NCBI GenBank assembly: GCA_008636045.1
Contig: SNRW01000021.1
Location: 1-40,711, forward strand
Source: Streblomastix strix
Taxonomy: Eukaryota
Direction: 5' to 3'
Length of the DNA stretch: 40,711 nt
The notes beneath the pieces are model-generated. The model searched no databases. It had not been told where the DNA came from and saw only the letters and a list, made by a program, of their open reading frames with translations. The translations under genes and the position numbers were made by a program. Below, piece by piece: positions 11,726 to 24,200 of this stretch; position 1 is the stretch's first letter, and each line of letters starts with the position of its first letter.

Positions 11726-13897
11726 TCATATAAAGAAACTTCCAATAATACAATAATTAACAAACTTATCAGCTTTTAATTCTAATGATATATGAATATA
11801 CCAGCGAACAGGGTTATCTGTATCACCAACCGTGAGATAGGCGAAAACAATATCTTAAATAGGATCAGTGTTGAAATAATATAAAATCATAACAGAAAAC
11901 AATAATGTTCTTTTTGGATCAATTGACTCACTCCTATAAAGTTCATACTATTTAGTTTCAATAATCCTTTTCTATCTCAAATACATATTGAACATGACTA
12001 AATTATTAACAGTATCATCAATAATATAATTCTTAAATTCATTTAAGTCATATGGAGATTAAGCTGATGCAAGTAATTATTCTCTTGATACTTCTGTTAC
12101 TATATATTATAGAAATACCGGTGTTGAAATTGGAACTGAAAGAAGGGTATCATATTACATAATAAAACTATCTATATGAGAAATTGGTTGACTGTTATTA
12201 TTAATATTATTATTTTACTATTCAGCAGGATCAATTAAATAACTTCCCCTAAAGTCACATAAACCCATAGGAAAGTAGCTAAATCCTTAATTCACAATAA
12301 TATCCAGTATGTCATTTTCATTAATCTATTTCATACCAGTTAATGATATATATGAGGCACTTTAAATATCTGCAATTGATCTTACTCCTCCTCCTGCACA
12401 AACAACACTATTGTTATCATATATTTGAACCATTTTTCTAACTGAATGAAAAGTAGTATTAAACGTCTTTTAACCACTAATACTTTGATAATAATCTGTA
12501 TCAACAAAATTTTTATTTTTTTGCTGAAGTTAATGTGTTTCCATCAATTGATATTTCTGTAATAGCATTACATCCTCCAGTTGCTGTTCCAAGAGTTGAG
12601 ATAACATTACTCATTTCTGGTAGTTCTGTATATAATACTTTTTAAGTCAGTTCCATCCCACCAAAAATCACTAACTTCCTTATTAGCGTTATTTAAATTA
12701 TCTACAGTTATTAATTTTGCTACATTTTCCTAATCTTACATCCAATCATTCAATTCATCTAAATTTGAGAAAACATATGCTTTTGACTTTCCAATAGCAA
12801 TATCTCTAACATCTTATAATTATGAGTGTATTATTAATGAACTCACTAACATATCTCCTCCACCTGCAAGAAGAATAGATGCTTCATTTTTACTCAATTT
12901 TGATATGCTTGGACCACTAATTATCTTGAATTATTTTGATCCTGTTATTGTTTGAGCAGAAGTTAAATCAACATAATTCGATAATTCTGCAGCATTAGCT
13001 TTCAGTAATAATATAGCATCATCTTCCTATTTAGAATATGAATCAATTAGTTCTGTTTTATCAGTTTTCAATAGTTAGAGACTATCATCCTCAGGTTTGG
13101 AATAAGTGTCAGTTTTATCAACTTTCAAGAGAAAGAGTGCATCCAACTACTCTTTGTTATAAGATTCCGGTGCATAATTTATAATAATGATTTGTTAATT
13201 AATGTTCTGAACTTATTCAAATAAATCAACTTTAATATATCTACTATTCCCAAATAATGTTTTATCATGAATTTAATTAACATCGGTATCAAGTGCTTCA
13301 CTTTGTGCTATTTATTCAAAAATAAACAACTCAACAGCATATTAAATTTTATTTAGAACTGTTAATAATCCTTTCGACACTGCTTACATCACTCTTGAAG
13401 ATATCTCGTTTAAGTCTAAAATAGATGTTATTTCTCTTACTTTCTACACACATAAATTATATGTATCTCTTAATAGATTAACTTTATTTTCATCAAATGC
13501 GTGAATATTTACACTTCCAGTATTGATTTCAGTTAATGTTATAATACCATCATTCATGAATCTAATGCAGCATGTACTAAAATCTTCATTCAGTTGAACT
13601 AATTATTCATTAATATCAAATATATATACAACAAAACGAATGAGTTAAGATTCAGATAAAATAAAATGAGCTTATTCTTTTAACATATGTTCATCCTCAC
13701 TAATTATATCCAATAATTATTTACAAATTGATGAATCTGCAGTTAATTCATTTTCGATTATTGAGCTTCTTCTTATTCTGCTGGACTGTTATGGAGAATC
13801 AATAGATGTTTAATAATTTTTTTTAAAATGGTGAACATTCTTCTATAATTGTAGGGATTGACGTCTATGATGATCTTGGAGATAGAATTTACGCCAT
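11726..13897 (-). pseudogene. Fibre/tail-fibre-like viral protein
   Basis: Three YxKxExDxLxLLKxDK-type repeats (~12995-13160) and two modules YVDLTSAQTITGSKQF...ILLAGGG and FVDTDYYQSISGQKTF...VVCAGGG, typical of phage fibre shafts. Frameshifts present. Confidence 0.72.
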
Positions 13898-13931
13898 TTT
13901 GTCAGAATAAAAAATTATGTAACACATATTT

Positions 13932-14132
13932 TCAATTAAATATAGATAAAATGTCTTTAGACTGGCATCTTTGATGCAATTGTTCACAGTGATCTTTTTT
14001 ATAAATATCTCTTTCTTAACCATTTATATGTTCATTTATTATATCAAATGCATTGACTATCAAAAACAGATTAGCTATCTCAACTAACGTTATAATTATT
14101 AATGATGTACTAATTATGATTTCAAATATCAT
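13932..14132 (-). CDS. Small (66 aa) viral protein with N-terminal hydrophobic segment
   Basis: MIFEIIISTSLIIITLVEIANLFLIVNAF...SIFN*; intact frame from ATG to TGA. Confidence 0.5.
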
Positions 14133-14149
14133 TTTCAATTAAATAAAAA

Positions 14150-14478
14150 AATAATTATATGTCAATTATTCTTCTGTATGATCTTTTATTCTATGTCAGT
14201 TTATAAGTATTCTAACATAAAACTCATATCATCTTCTTTAAAAATTATGATCAGATAATAATTTCATTAACTATTTTTACGCAATATTATTTTTATTCTA
14301 AATTATGCTTTCTTTTGTGTATATCTTTTCTTCGTTGCTAACTATTGTTTAATTATTGCTTCCTTTCTATCATCATCATTGAAGTATTTATTTAATCTTC
14401 CAACTGATCTCTTTTCAATTAATTAGTCAACATATTCACTTTGAACTTCATTGAATTAATTTCGATTATTGTTTCCAT
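14150..14478 (-). pseudogene. Small basic putative DNA-binding viral protein
   Basis: METIIE...KRSVGRLNKYFNDDDRE resembles a degenerate AT-hook (KRxxGRPxKY). Frameshifted; 3' end approximate. Confidence 0.45.
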
Positions 14479-14506
14479 TTCAATAATTATAATAATAATA
14501 ATAAAT

Positions 14507-15836
14507 TCACAATTTTAATCTAAATTATTGTTTATATTCATTTTCTAACTGATTTATATTTTTTTCCACTAATTTTGTGAAGTATATTGGTAATATTATA
14601 GTTTATAATTCGATGTGTGGATTCAATAATTCAACTTTAACGTAACCATTAACACATTGCATAAATATGCCAATATTATTAAAATTATGTCTAATTTTAT
14701 CAAATAATGTTTCATTTTTGATATATCAATGAATAATAGTAAAAAATTTACTTTTTGATAATTGTTTAGACAGAATTATTTTTATAATTTTCTTATATCA
14801 TTTAATATTTCCTACTAACGAAAGATGTGCTATCCTTCTATTCGCTTATCATTTTGAGCTTACATTGGACTATTCTTATTTTAGTAAGCAAAATGTGGTG
14901 TCCGATTATATAAATCAATAGATTAATACATAAATTATTCAATAGCAAGCTCGTTAATATTATTACCAAATTCATTTCTAATTATTCGAATAATCCTGAC
15001 AATTACTCTATTATGATCAGTGAATAAATTATCTGTGAAGAATTGGTTTATCTTATTTTGTTTTTAGAAATCATTTAGTAATTTTGATGCAAAAGATTTC
15101 TCACTATCTCCTCTGATATCATCAATCCAAACAAATGATATAAGCTATTTTTAGAAAATTAAGAATTAGAATTTATGATTTAGATGATACTGATATTATT
15201 ATCAAATAATTAGTGTTCACATTAATAGCGAATAGATATTGATTTATTTCATATTTCTTTTTCATTATGAATACTTAATCTATATCCCAAGAATTGTTGT
15301 TGGGCGAGAAATATGGCTATTCAAATTTCGCTAGTCTTTTGAATCAATAGTCATGAGGTTCTAGTGTATTAGTTTAAAGATAAATATCTAATTAGATTTT
15401 TGGTTTAATGAGATGATGTATAATAGTAATTTGCTTTACGTATGATATCATACTTTGATTTGAAAAAGAATTGATTTTAAGTTAATTATTGTAATAAATT
15501 ATTATTCCTATATTCCTTATTTAATTTCTTTGTCTTATGTTAAGCAAATCTACTTTGTCGCTGCTCTAAAGAGTAAATTTTCTATGGATATTTCTTGGAA
15601 TACTACAAAATATATTATTCATACTATTTGCTAAGATATTAGTCAACAAAATTAATGTGTTATGCTATTTAATCCAATACTTTGAACTGTTTTTAATTGA
15701 ACATATGATTCAGAATATTGTTATAAAATGATTGTTTCGTGTAAATATTTTCTTATTAAAGCATTGCATTTATTTTTATATTTGGATCTATATCATTATC
15801 TAAACTGAATTATTCCAAAACACTGACTATATCCAT
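14507..15836 (-). pseudogene. Retroviral-type (rve) integrase of Maverick/Polinton type
   Basis: PYFSPNNNSWDIDQVF, YLFAINVNTNYL, IRGDSEKSF, HNRVIVRIIRIIR and YNRTPH. Ends at TGA 14507; start uncertain. Confidence 0.85.
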
Positions 15837-15839
15837 TAC

Positions 15840-16400
15840 CTACTACTTTAATTTATTAAGTTCATTAACAGAAGTAATTAACAAGCTTTGTTTTTTAGCT
15901 TTTGGTTTAGGTATCAAAGATTAAATGCTAGTCAGAGTCTTCAAAATTGGTGAATTAAAATTTATTGGTTAATAGACTTTGAATTATGGATTAATTGATT
16001 TGGATGCTTACTCTGATAAATGTTTTTCGTTAATTCTTTCATATTTCGCTTAACGAATTTATTAATCACTTTACTCGTATATAATGATAAATTTAAAGAA
16101 ATCTGGATTTTCATCCTCAGTCAAACTCTTATATTTATTCCGCAATATAGTGTAATCATCAGTTGTTATGTAAGTAGTATAATATTACTCAATTTCAAGA
16201 ACTCTTTTATCTGAATCCTTATCCAATAATTCCTTCATATCCACCATTAATAATATTGTATTTGTATTACTAAAATCATACAAATAGTTATAAGCTAATC
16301 CATAAGAATATATTTTTCTACTAATTAAGTTGTGATTAGTTTATTTAAGCGATTTAATTTTTAGTAAAGACGCAAAAATACCCAATGAAGTTGCCTGACA
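15840..16400 (-). pseudogene. Decayed viral ORF or integrase N-terminal extension
   Basis: Coding-like minus frame MKELLDKDSDKRVLEIEQYYTTYITTDDYTILRNKYKSLTEDENPDFFKF. Confidence 0.35.
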
Positions 16401-16417
16401 TAAAAACGCCAAACAAT

Positions 16418-17051
16418 TCAATCAATCAAATTGTAGTATCGTTTGAATTTATTGATTTATATAGCTATTTTATGATTATTACCTTCATAAGCATAAACAA
16501 ATAATGCTCCATTTTACTTTTATACATTACTACTTAATATTCAATAATTAAAACCATTATAGAAGTAAAATTTATCTGTTTCCTAACCATTGTAATAAAA
16601 ATCATAATCATAAAAATTATGATGATTACCATAATCATCAATGGTAATAGCTTCCTGAAGGAGTTCTTTTACAAAGTCTTATATAATTTTTTTCTATGTT
16701 AACGTTTATTTTTCTAATTAGAACTATTATCCACTCAGCATAAATTTTATATATTATTATCAGTCTTAATTTAATTTAAAAGATCTTTTTATTTATTATT
16801 AGTTGGATTATTATTTTCAACAAACTATTTTGCAACTTATCTATGTAGTAAATATGCCTAATTATTTAAACGTACTATTAAATATATCCATTGCTGTTTT
16901 TACAAAATCTAGGAATAAATTCATCTTTTTTTCTTCTGATAATCCATAATTTTTATGTTGAAATCTAAAAATTTGTATATGATTTTAGTTTAACGAATTG
17001 AGTCTTTGGCGTTTATGTCATCTACGAGGTTGATATTTCTGTTTATGCCAT
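16418..17051 (-). pseudogene. HNH homing-type endonuclease, paralogue 2 (degenerate)
   Basis: NGYI...LLHRQVAKQFVENNNP...DLLNQIKTDNNIQNLC*VDNSSNQKN. Catalytic His lost, plus TGA and frameshifts. Confidence 0.8.
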
Positions 17052-17174
17052 TTACAATCAGGATAAAAAATAAAAAATAATTATATCTTATTTCTTCTAC
17101 TATTCATTTGCTTAATTTTGATTCGCTTCCTGATGACTCAATTTATTAAGTTATTCAATTTTCAATTGGATTAA

Positions 17175-17762
17175 TCAGAGATTATAATGCCTTTTAAATT
17201 TAATAATATAAATATTTCTTTTATCATAATTTGAATGATATGCACATACAAATAATGATCAATTTCGCTTTTTTTCATTAATATGAAATACTTTCTATTT
17301 TAAGCTATAAAATTAATAAAATTAATCTGTATCTTAACTATTAGAATAGAATTCAAACTAATGTAATCCGTAATCACTAATAGTAATAGTGTCTTCAAGA
17401 ATTTCATCAACATATTCATAAATTATGTCTTTAATATGTTTCGTTTTATTTTTACAATTATCACTTGTTGAAATATACCTTAAATTGCTTAAGCTGTTAT
17501 TTAACTGATTTCGTTCGTTATGATCAATTTATGTCTTATTAATCGGATTATCATTTTCAACAAATTGTTCCGCAATAATTTTACGAAGATCATACATTTA
17601 TCCACCAACATTTCCACGCAAATACCCACACTTATTCTTACTGAATTTAAGAATAAACTCATATTCTCTTCTTTTGATTATCCATTGTTCTTAAGTTGAG
17701 ATCTCAAATTCACTATTAGCCATAAGTGTGACGAATTCTGTTTCTGATTATGTTTCTGACAT
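17175..17762 (-). CDS. HNH homing-type endonuclease (HNH_3/I-HmuI-like), paralogue 1
   Basis: KCGYLRGNVGG...KIIAEQFVENDNPINKTQIDHNERNQLNNSLSNLRYISTSDNCKN; the ATG-TGA span is 196 codons. Confidence 0.85.
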
Positions 17763-17810
17763 TTTCAAATAAGATAAAAATTAAAAATAGTATCTTGTTT
17801 CCTTAATTAA

Positions 17811-17955
17811 TCATTTGCATAATTTCGATTCACAAGCGTATTTGATTATTGCTTCATAGATAGCTTTCCAAATAGCATGCCAATCAATATATAATGATTC
17901 AAATGCTTCAATTGCTAAGACTATATTTGCAGTAATTAGTTCAAAGAGAGTCATT
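17811..17955 (-). CDS. Small unknown viral ORF
   Basis: MTLFELITANIVLAIEAFESLYIDWHAIWKAIYEAIIKYACESKLCK*, with AAAATG start context. Confidence 0.4.
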
Positions 17956-17979
17956 TTGGTTTATGAAAAAATAAACGAA

Positions 17980-18364
17980 TCAATGCTCAAATCTCATCAA
18001 TTAATTCTTATAAACCTTCTATATATTCATCTTTTAACGTTCTATATCTATCAATTGTATTCTACAATCAGTTTTCTGTAGTAGTTTCAACATTCAACCA
18101 ATGTGTCTCTTGTAACAGTCTTTGTTTCAATAACAATCGCATTTTTATTGAACCATTATTCACTTAATTAAAAGTCAGTTCAACAAATTAGATTGTAATA
18201 GTTTTATTAAATTATTAATTTGACTTAACTTTTGAGTTCGTTTTTCATTTACATTAATTCAGTTAATTTTCAAATTATTACAGTTACGATTATATTTCCA
18301 TTAGCTACTTGATCTATTTAGCGTTAGAAGCAATTTCATTTAACTAATCTAATTGATTGTCCAT
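17980..18364 (-). pseudogene. Unknown viral ORF directly downstream of pPolB
   Basis: MDNQLDQLNEIASNAKQIKVANG...; homologous start at 2328 (+). Internal TGA; 3' end approximate. Confidence 0.5.
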
Positions 18365-18421
18365 TTTAGATTAAATAGAAATAATATTAATATTCAATAA
18401 TAATCTTTAATTGTATGATTT

Positions 18422-20965
18422 TCAGTTTGACTAATCTTTGAATGCGTAATCCTTAGCTAATAATCCTTTAATATTAGGACAGCAACATTAATTCCTTAAT
18501 ACTTTTGATTTATTATTGAATCCAGTTAATGTGAACTTTTCTACTTGAATGCTACTCATAACATTATCGTTTATTTTTGATTTTCCATTTGTATTTTTTT
18601 TCATTATATCTTTATTAATTACATTAACGTAATTATTATGAGATATTTATTAAGATTTGCTAATTCCTTTAGATATAATTTTTGGTTTAAATTCATATCA
18701 ATATTTTTCTTTGTTCCATTTGTGTACAATCACTGAATATCACTTAGGTACTAGTGAAGCAAATTGATATCCTACTTTTTTAACTCCAAATCCAAGTTTC
18801 TTTTTATAGTCATAGATGTCTTTACTAGGATCAGGTAAATATTAGTATATATGTTAGTCATAGAACTGTTTATCTGTTACTATTAATTCAAATTATTAAT
18901 GATTGTCTTTAGTAGGATTTTCCGCTATTGCAATATAAATTGAATCAGTTTCTGCAAGAACAAAATGAATTCGTTTGCAGTCTAGACATTTATACATGAA
19001 GTAGTATATATAATTGAGATATCAATATTTCGCATTATCTAATATAAAGATTTCTGATTGAATTGATGTAAAATAAGTAGCATATTTAGGTTTTATTTAT
19101 GCTGCAAATGTATTAGCACTAATATATCTTTTACCATTGTGATTAGGATGAAGCTATTCAATGAAAGTATCAGCTTTATCTAATAACTTTATCTTACCAA
19201 ATTTCAGTACTTAATATATCATATATATGATGCATTAATTATTAATTTATAGAAGTTTTCTTTAGACGATCCCGCAAATAAAGCTTATATTCTTAAGTTC
19301 ATCGTTATCCTAACAAAAGGCTCATATGCAGTATTTTTCTCAAAGACTGCAACAGCTTTGTAATCAGTAATGATGAAACCTAGATCAATAAGAAGCCAAA
19401 GATGATAGTTATTTAACACCGTAAACTAACTATTAGTATCAAGTAACGTTGTAAGTTTTCTATCTTTCTTAGTCATTGATAGTGAATGATTTTATGCAAA
19501 TGAATACATATATTCACCTATCACCCTTTCCTAGTTTTCTATCTCGATATTTTTAAGGATTGTTGGTAATATAAGTAGGTTATTATATTCTGACTTAGGA
19601 AAATAACCTTTGACTTTTACAACAAATAAATCCTTCAGTTAATCTATACAATTTTTAATTACATATGGTTTTTCTGAATAAAATCTTGATCATCCAGCCA
19701 TATAAATTCTGTGATCGATGTAAGGAATATTTTCATTTTTGACGGATGAATATGAACTCGGATAGAGACTATTACCATCATGGACAAATACATGAGTAGC
19801 AACATTTTGATTATCTCATGAGATCACTTTATTTGATTATTCATTATAAGATAATTCATTTCTATACGTTTCACCTGCTATATTCTCTATGAAATGCTGC
19901 TGCAAGACCATCTATAATACATTTTCGAAGTAATTTATATATTCTATCATCACTAATTGTCATTAGTGAATTATGTTTAATTGCATACTATATTATCTTG
20001 ATATGTAATGATGCTATTTTCGGATCTCTATTTGCATGCGCTATACAACATGAAACACATGCTGGCAAACAGTTATCTTTTGTGTGAGGAAGTTCATTAT
20101 TTTATCTATCTAAGCTAGGAGGGCTATCTTAAGTAAATTTAGTACTACAAATTGAAAATATTGATGATTCAAATAACTTTTATAGTGATCATAGTCATCA
20201 GCTGTTACATTTTTATTTGTTTGTCTACCTGCATTATAATGCTATTATTATAATTGTAATACTTATTTTTCCTGTATTATTCTGTTAGTACAAAAGGTTT
20301 CGCTTAAGGATTTGGATTAGTATAATCAGCTTTAATTTCAAAATCTGAATAATATGATTATTTTTATTCATTAATATCAACATAAAATTAAAAAGGACAA
20401 TTAGTTGAATAATGTTTCGTTACATATGCGCATGAAGCTATTGAAATATAGTTTAAGACTTCAATAATAAATTATTCGAATGTATCAATTAAATTCTTTA
20501 ATGGTAAAACCATAATTTCAGAATCATTAATATTTTAATATTTGAGAAATTCTAATCTGTTGGTGACTTTCTTAAAATCAATCAAATATTAATTATATTC
20601 ATCTTTTGCGATAGAATGAACTCTTTTGAGCTATAATTTAAAATCTTCATATTCAAATGGATCTGTTTTCATTAATATTTCGTTCCAATTCTTTGAGTTA
20701 ATAATTTCATAAGGAAATACATCTTTATGTTCAGATTTATCACCATAATCCTTTACACATGCTTTTAATGTCATTAATCCAAATAATTTCTCTGCATCAA
20801 TAAATTATAACTTCATATGAGATTTCTTCAGTGTTAATGTAATTGATTTAGTATTATTGAGATCACCAATAGGTACACTCATTGTCCAGAGTTCACAATC
20901 TATTGCATCCCATAACAGAGCAATATCAAATCTTGAACTATTCCACCTCAGTACTTTAATTTTTC
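18422..20965 (-). pseudogene. Protein-primed family B DNA polymerase (pPolB), copy 2, 5'-truncated, with internal HNH-like module
   Basis: Collinear with copy 1: WNSSRFD, DVFPYE, VHDGNSLYPS, KLIINASY and LAETDSIY. It has ~600 bp (19860-20460) that copy 1 lacks, and several frameshifts and stops. Confidence 0.93.
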
Positions 20966-21285
20966 TAAATATGCACCAATGAACGAAAAGGTGGTCTCGA
21001 CTGATTTTTTGTTATTATGAAATTAATATAAAAATAGATTTTAACTTAAAATATATTAATTATATTAATAATATTTAATATACTATTATTATTATATATC
21101 TGTAGTATATTTCATAGTATTTTTGAATTATTATTATTCTCGAAAATTTATTAAGTTAAAATATTAAAGCAAAATTGAAATATAAGATCATCTCATGTTA
21201 AAGAAAAAATATAAGTATTAAATTCTTGATATGGGAATAAGTTAAAGTTCACAAAAAATTTAAGTAAATTCATGAACAGTTTTAA

Positions 21286-24200
21286 TCATTGTTTATGATT
21301 AATTTTGCGACGACTCTAATACAGAACTTTCATGATCTTCTAACGAATATCGGGGAAGAATTCATGACTTAAACTGCATTATAAATAATTATAAAAAAAA
21401 TAAAAAAATTGTAAAAATATAATAAATATAAATAAATAAACAAACTATGAAACAAAGATCACAAAAAATATACAGCATGCAAAAGAAAGCAATGTCGAGA
21501 CGTAGAATACGAACGACGTAAATGGAATAATAAATTGCATTGTTGTAAAAATTGCCATGAGTGCAAAAAACAATATGAGAGATATAATTACCAAGGTAAT
21601 GAACAGCACATTATGCCATCGAGATTTGTGTAGTGCCATTACAGCTACAACAAGCATAATCTCTATGGATAGTACAGATCCAACATCCATCATACTATCA
21701 GATCGTCCGTTAGCATAGGTTTGCCCATAATTCATCATCAACCGAGTTATAAATATTATTATCAATCCTTGAACTAATCCAAAAAACATCCACTTTAGCA
21801 TCGATCTAACAGAAAATGAGCGGCAATCTTTGTATGTCCGATAAACAGATGGGAAGTTTTAAAGTACAAATGTTGGAAAGTCGCGATCATTTATGCTGAT
21901 GATAAATGGAGGAGCTAGTGTGAAAAGTAACCCAAATAACGTGCAGAACCAAGAATTTAATACAATTTGTGTAGAAAGAAGGTTATAAACAAATTGGTAT
22001 ATAATTGTAGGTACAGTGAATACAACATTCTTGTATAATGAGTATTTGATCAATCCCGCGAGTCTGTACAGATTAATATGACCATGAACTGTTAATCTTC
22101 GTAAATGCTTGAACTAAAGGATAGAGAAATCTGAAGCCTGTGAAATGTATTTAAAAGAAAATATATTAAAAAAACTAAATATATAATAGAAATTATCGCT
22201 TATAACCTATGAGGCAAGTGCACCTTCATGACCTCTGATACCAACACCAACATCCGCTTCTAGAATCATAGATACGTCATTTGCGCCGTCCCCCACAGCA
22301 AGTGATTTAACTTTAGATTTAATCAGTTTCTTTTTCTTTGATTTGCTCTCTGAAAAAGATATGTGCATTCCATACTTCTTCACAAGGCGAAGAAGCATTG
22401 CTTTCTACATTGGTGCCATACGACAGCATATTACACTCTCGCATCTCTAGGCAATCATAAGAAATAGTGCTTTTAATTCAAATTTGCCATTCAGGATTAA
22501 ATTTGCTACAAAGCCATCTATAACAAGACTAAACTTTGACGTACTGTAAGATTTTGCATAGTTTTCTTTTCTATCAATAATTTGCATTTCTTTTTCTTAA
22601 TTGGCCTTTTAACCATCATAAACTATAAAATCGCTATTCTCTGGTATTTTAATACTGTATTCTGATTTAAGTTCAGCATTAACATCATTTTAGTTAATCT
22701 TAAATTACTCTTCTAAGATTTCTCTCATCTGTTTAGAAAGTTATTCTTAATGCTCAAGTAATATTTCAAACTTTTACAATATTTTGTTCTATCGCATTTC
22801 TTATTAATCAGGTTGAACAATTCTGGAATTGATTATATGTTTAGAAAGTTCGATGGATGATGATGCTTTGCTGATTATTCCACAGGACCTTCCAATGTTA
22901 ATTGCAGTGTCCAATTTATCTCCAGTCAGCATCCACAGTGATATTCCACACTATTTTAATAAATTAAAAAGAATATACAAAAATTAATGATAAAATATTG
23001 ATAAAAATTTATATGGTTGAATATTAATAATTTGTCTTTAATATTAATATGAATTTACTGTACAAACTTTTCTAAAGAATTGCAGGGTATCTTTGCACCC
23101 TTCCTGAAGTACATCTTCAATACCAGTGCATCCAACAAGAGTCAACTCTTTTTCCAACAATTCAAATGCTTATTCTAATTTAGACTCTCGATCTTTCATT
23201 GCAACTTCAGCATCTTTATATTATAACTCCCATTGTTAGTATTCAGACCTTGAAATGAGCTTCGTACATATAAGAAGTGTACGAAGTCCAACTTTGGCAA
23301 ATTCATCAACAGCTGAACTGATCTTATTAATATTTTGATGATTTTATTATTATGATGTATCTTGTTGGTTATTATTGCATAGTGGAAGAAGAACTGAATC
23401 TGCACCTTTTGTATAAAGACGGATTGAACCATCAGGAAGTTGGACAAGAACACTCATCCTCTGTCGCTCTGAAGTAAATGGAAGAATTGCAAGAAGATTG
23501 AAGCTGAATTTAGTATTGCTATTTGTAATTGATGTTGGTGTCTTATTATCTTCTTTCCTAACCTTCCTTATATTTTAGCTCTCTGTTTTATTCTGATCAG
23601 ATTAAAGTTCTATAAACATTTGTCTTCCCTTTTTTCCAGCATAAAATATTCCTTTATCACTAAGTGAGTTCAGTAATGCTTCTTCATCTGGAGATGTACT
23701 CATAATTTGGTAAGGAGAAATTATCTTATTAATTTATTATTTTGAGTCAGTATCTGGTGAAGTTTATTATTTGTTGTTATCATCTGATGCATTTTTATTC
23801 TTGTATTTTTCTCCATATTTTGTCTTCTTTATAATAAACATTAGAAACCTGAATAGTAAATCATCTACATTAATATCAATTACACTATATCCTTTTTCTT
23901 TTTCTTCTGAATCATCCTATTTCTAATTTTCTTATTCTTTATGTACTGTAGCTTCATGGCACAACAAGAGACAGTTGAAGAAGTGGAATATATTCGATTG
24001 CTCATTAACTCCTTAATTTGGTTCACCATCATTTGTTTCTTTTTCTTTATCGCTTTCACTGATATTCAAATTATCATTAAGATCTAAAATAGATTAGTTT
24101 CTATTTTCATTTTCATTTTGATATTATGGTTAATCTTTGAGCAAATTAATATATTGATTTGAAAGAGAATCAAAGTTCATAGTTTCTTGTTTGGGTGATG

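Larger units (their letters stand above)
1..20965. mobile_element. Degenerate endogenous Maverick/Polinton-like virus region (at least two juxtaposed elements)
   Basis: Intronless, densely packed cluster of pPolB x2, rve integrase, A32-like ATPase, probable MCP, fibre-like protein and HNH genes, with many frameshifts and internal TGA. The left end runs out of the window and no element TIR was recognised. Confidence 0.9.

Noticed and set aside
2539..19025. TGA read as Trp in the viral genes
   Set aside because: Several internal TGAs sit at Trp-like positions, but the homologous polB codon is TGG in copy 1 and TGA in copy 2. Another TGA replaces Gly and frameshifts co-occur, so this is ordinary decay.
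19860..20460. Intein or self-splicing intron in pPolB
   Set aside because: No Cys/Ser start or His-Asn end motifs, and the segment includes polymerase-type residues (ISIASCA).
1..20965. The two inverted pPolB copies as giant TIRs of one element
   Set aside because: They are clearly diverged, differ by a 600-bp indel and are coding. Two separate elements explain them better.
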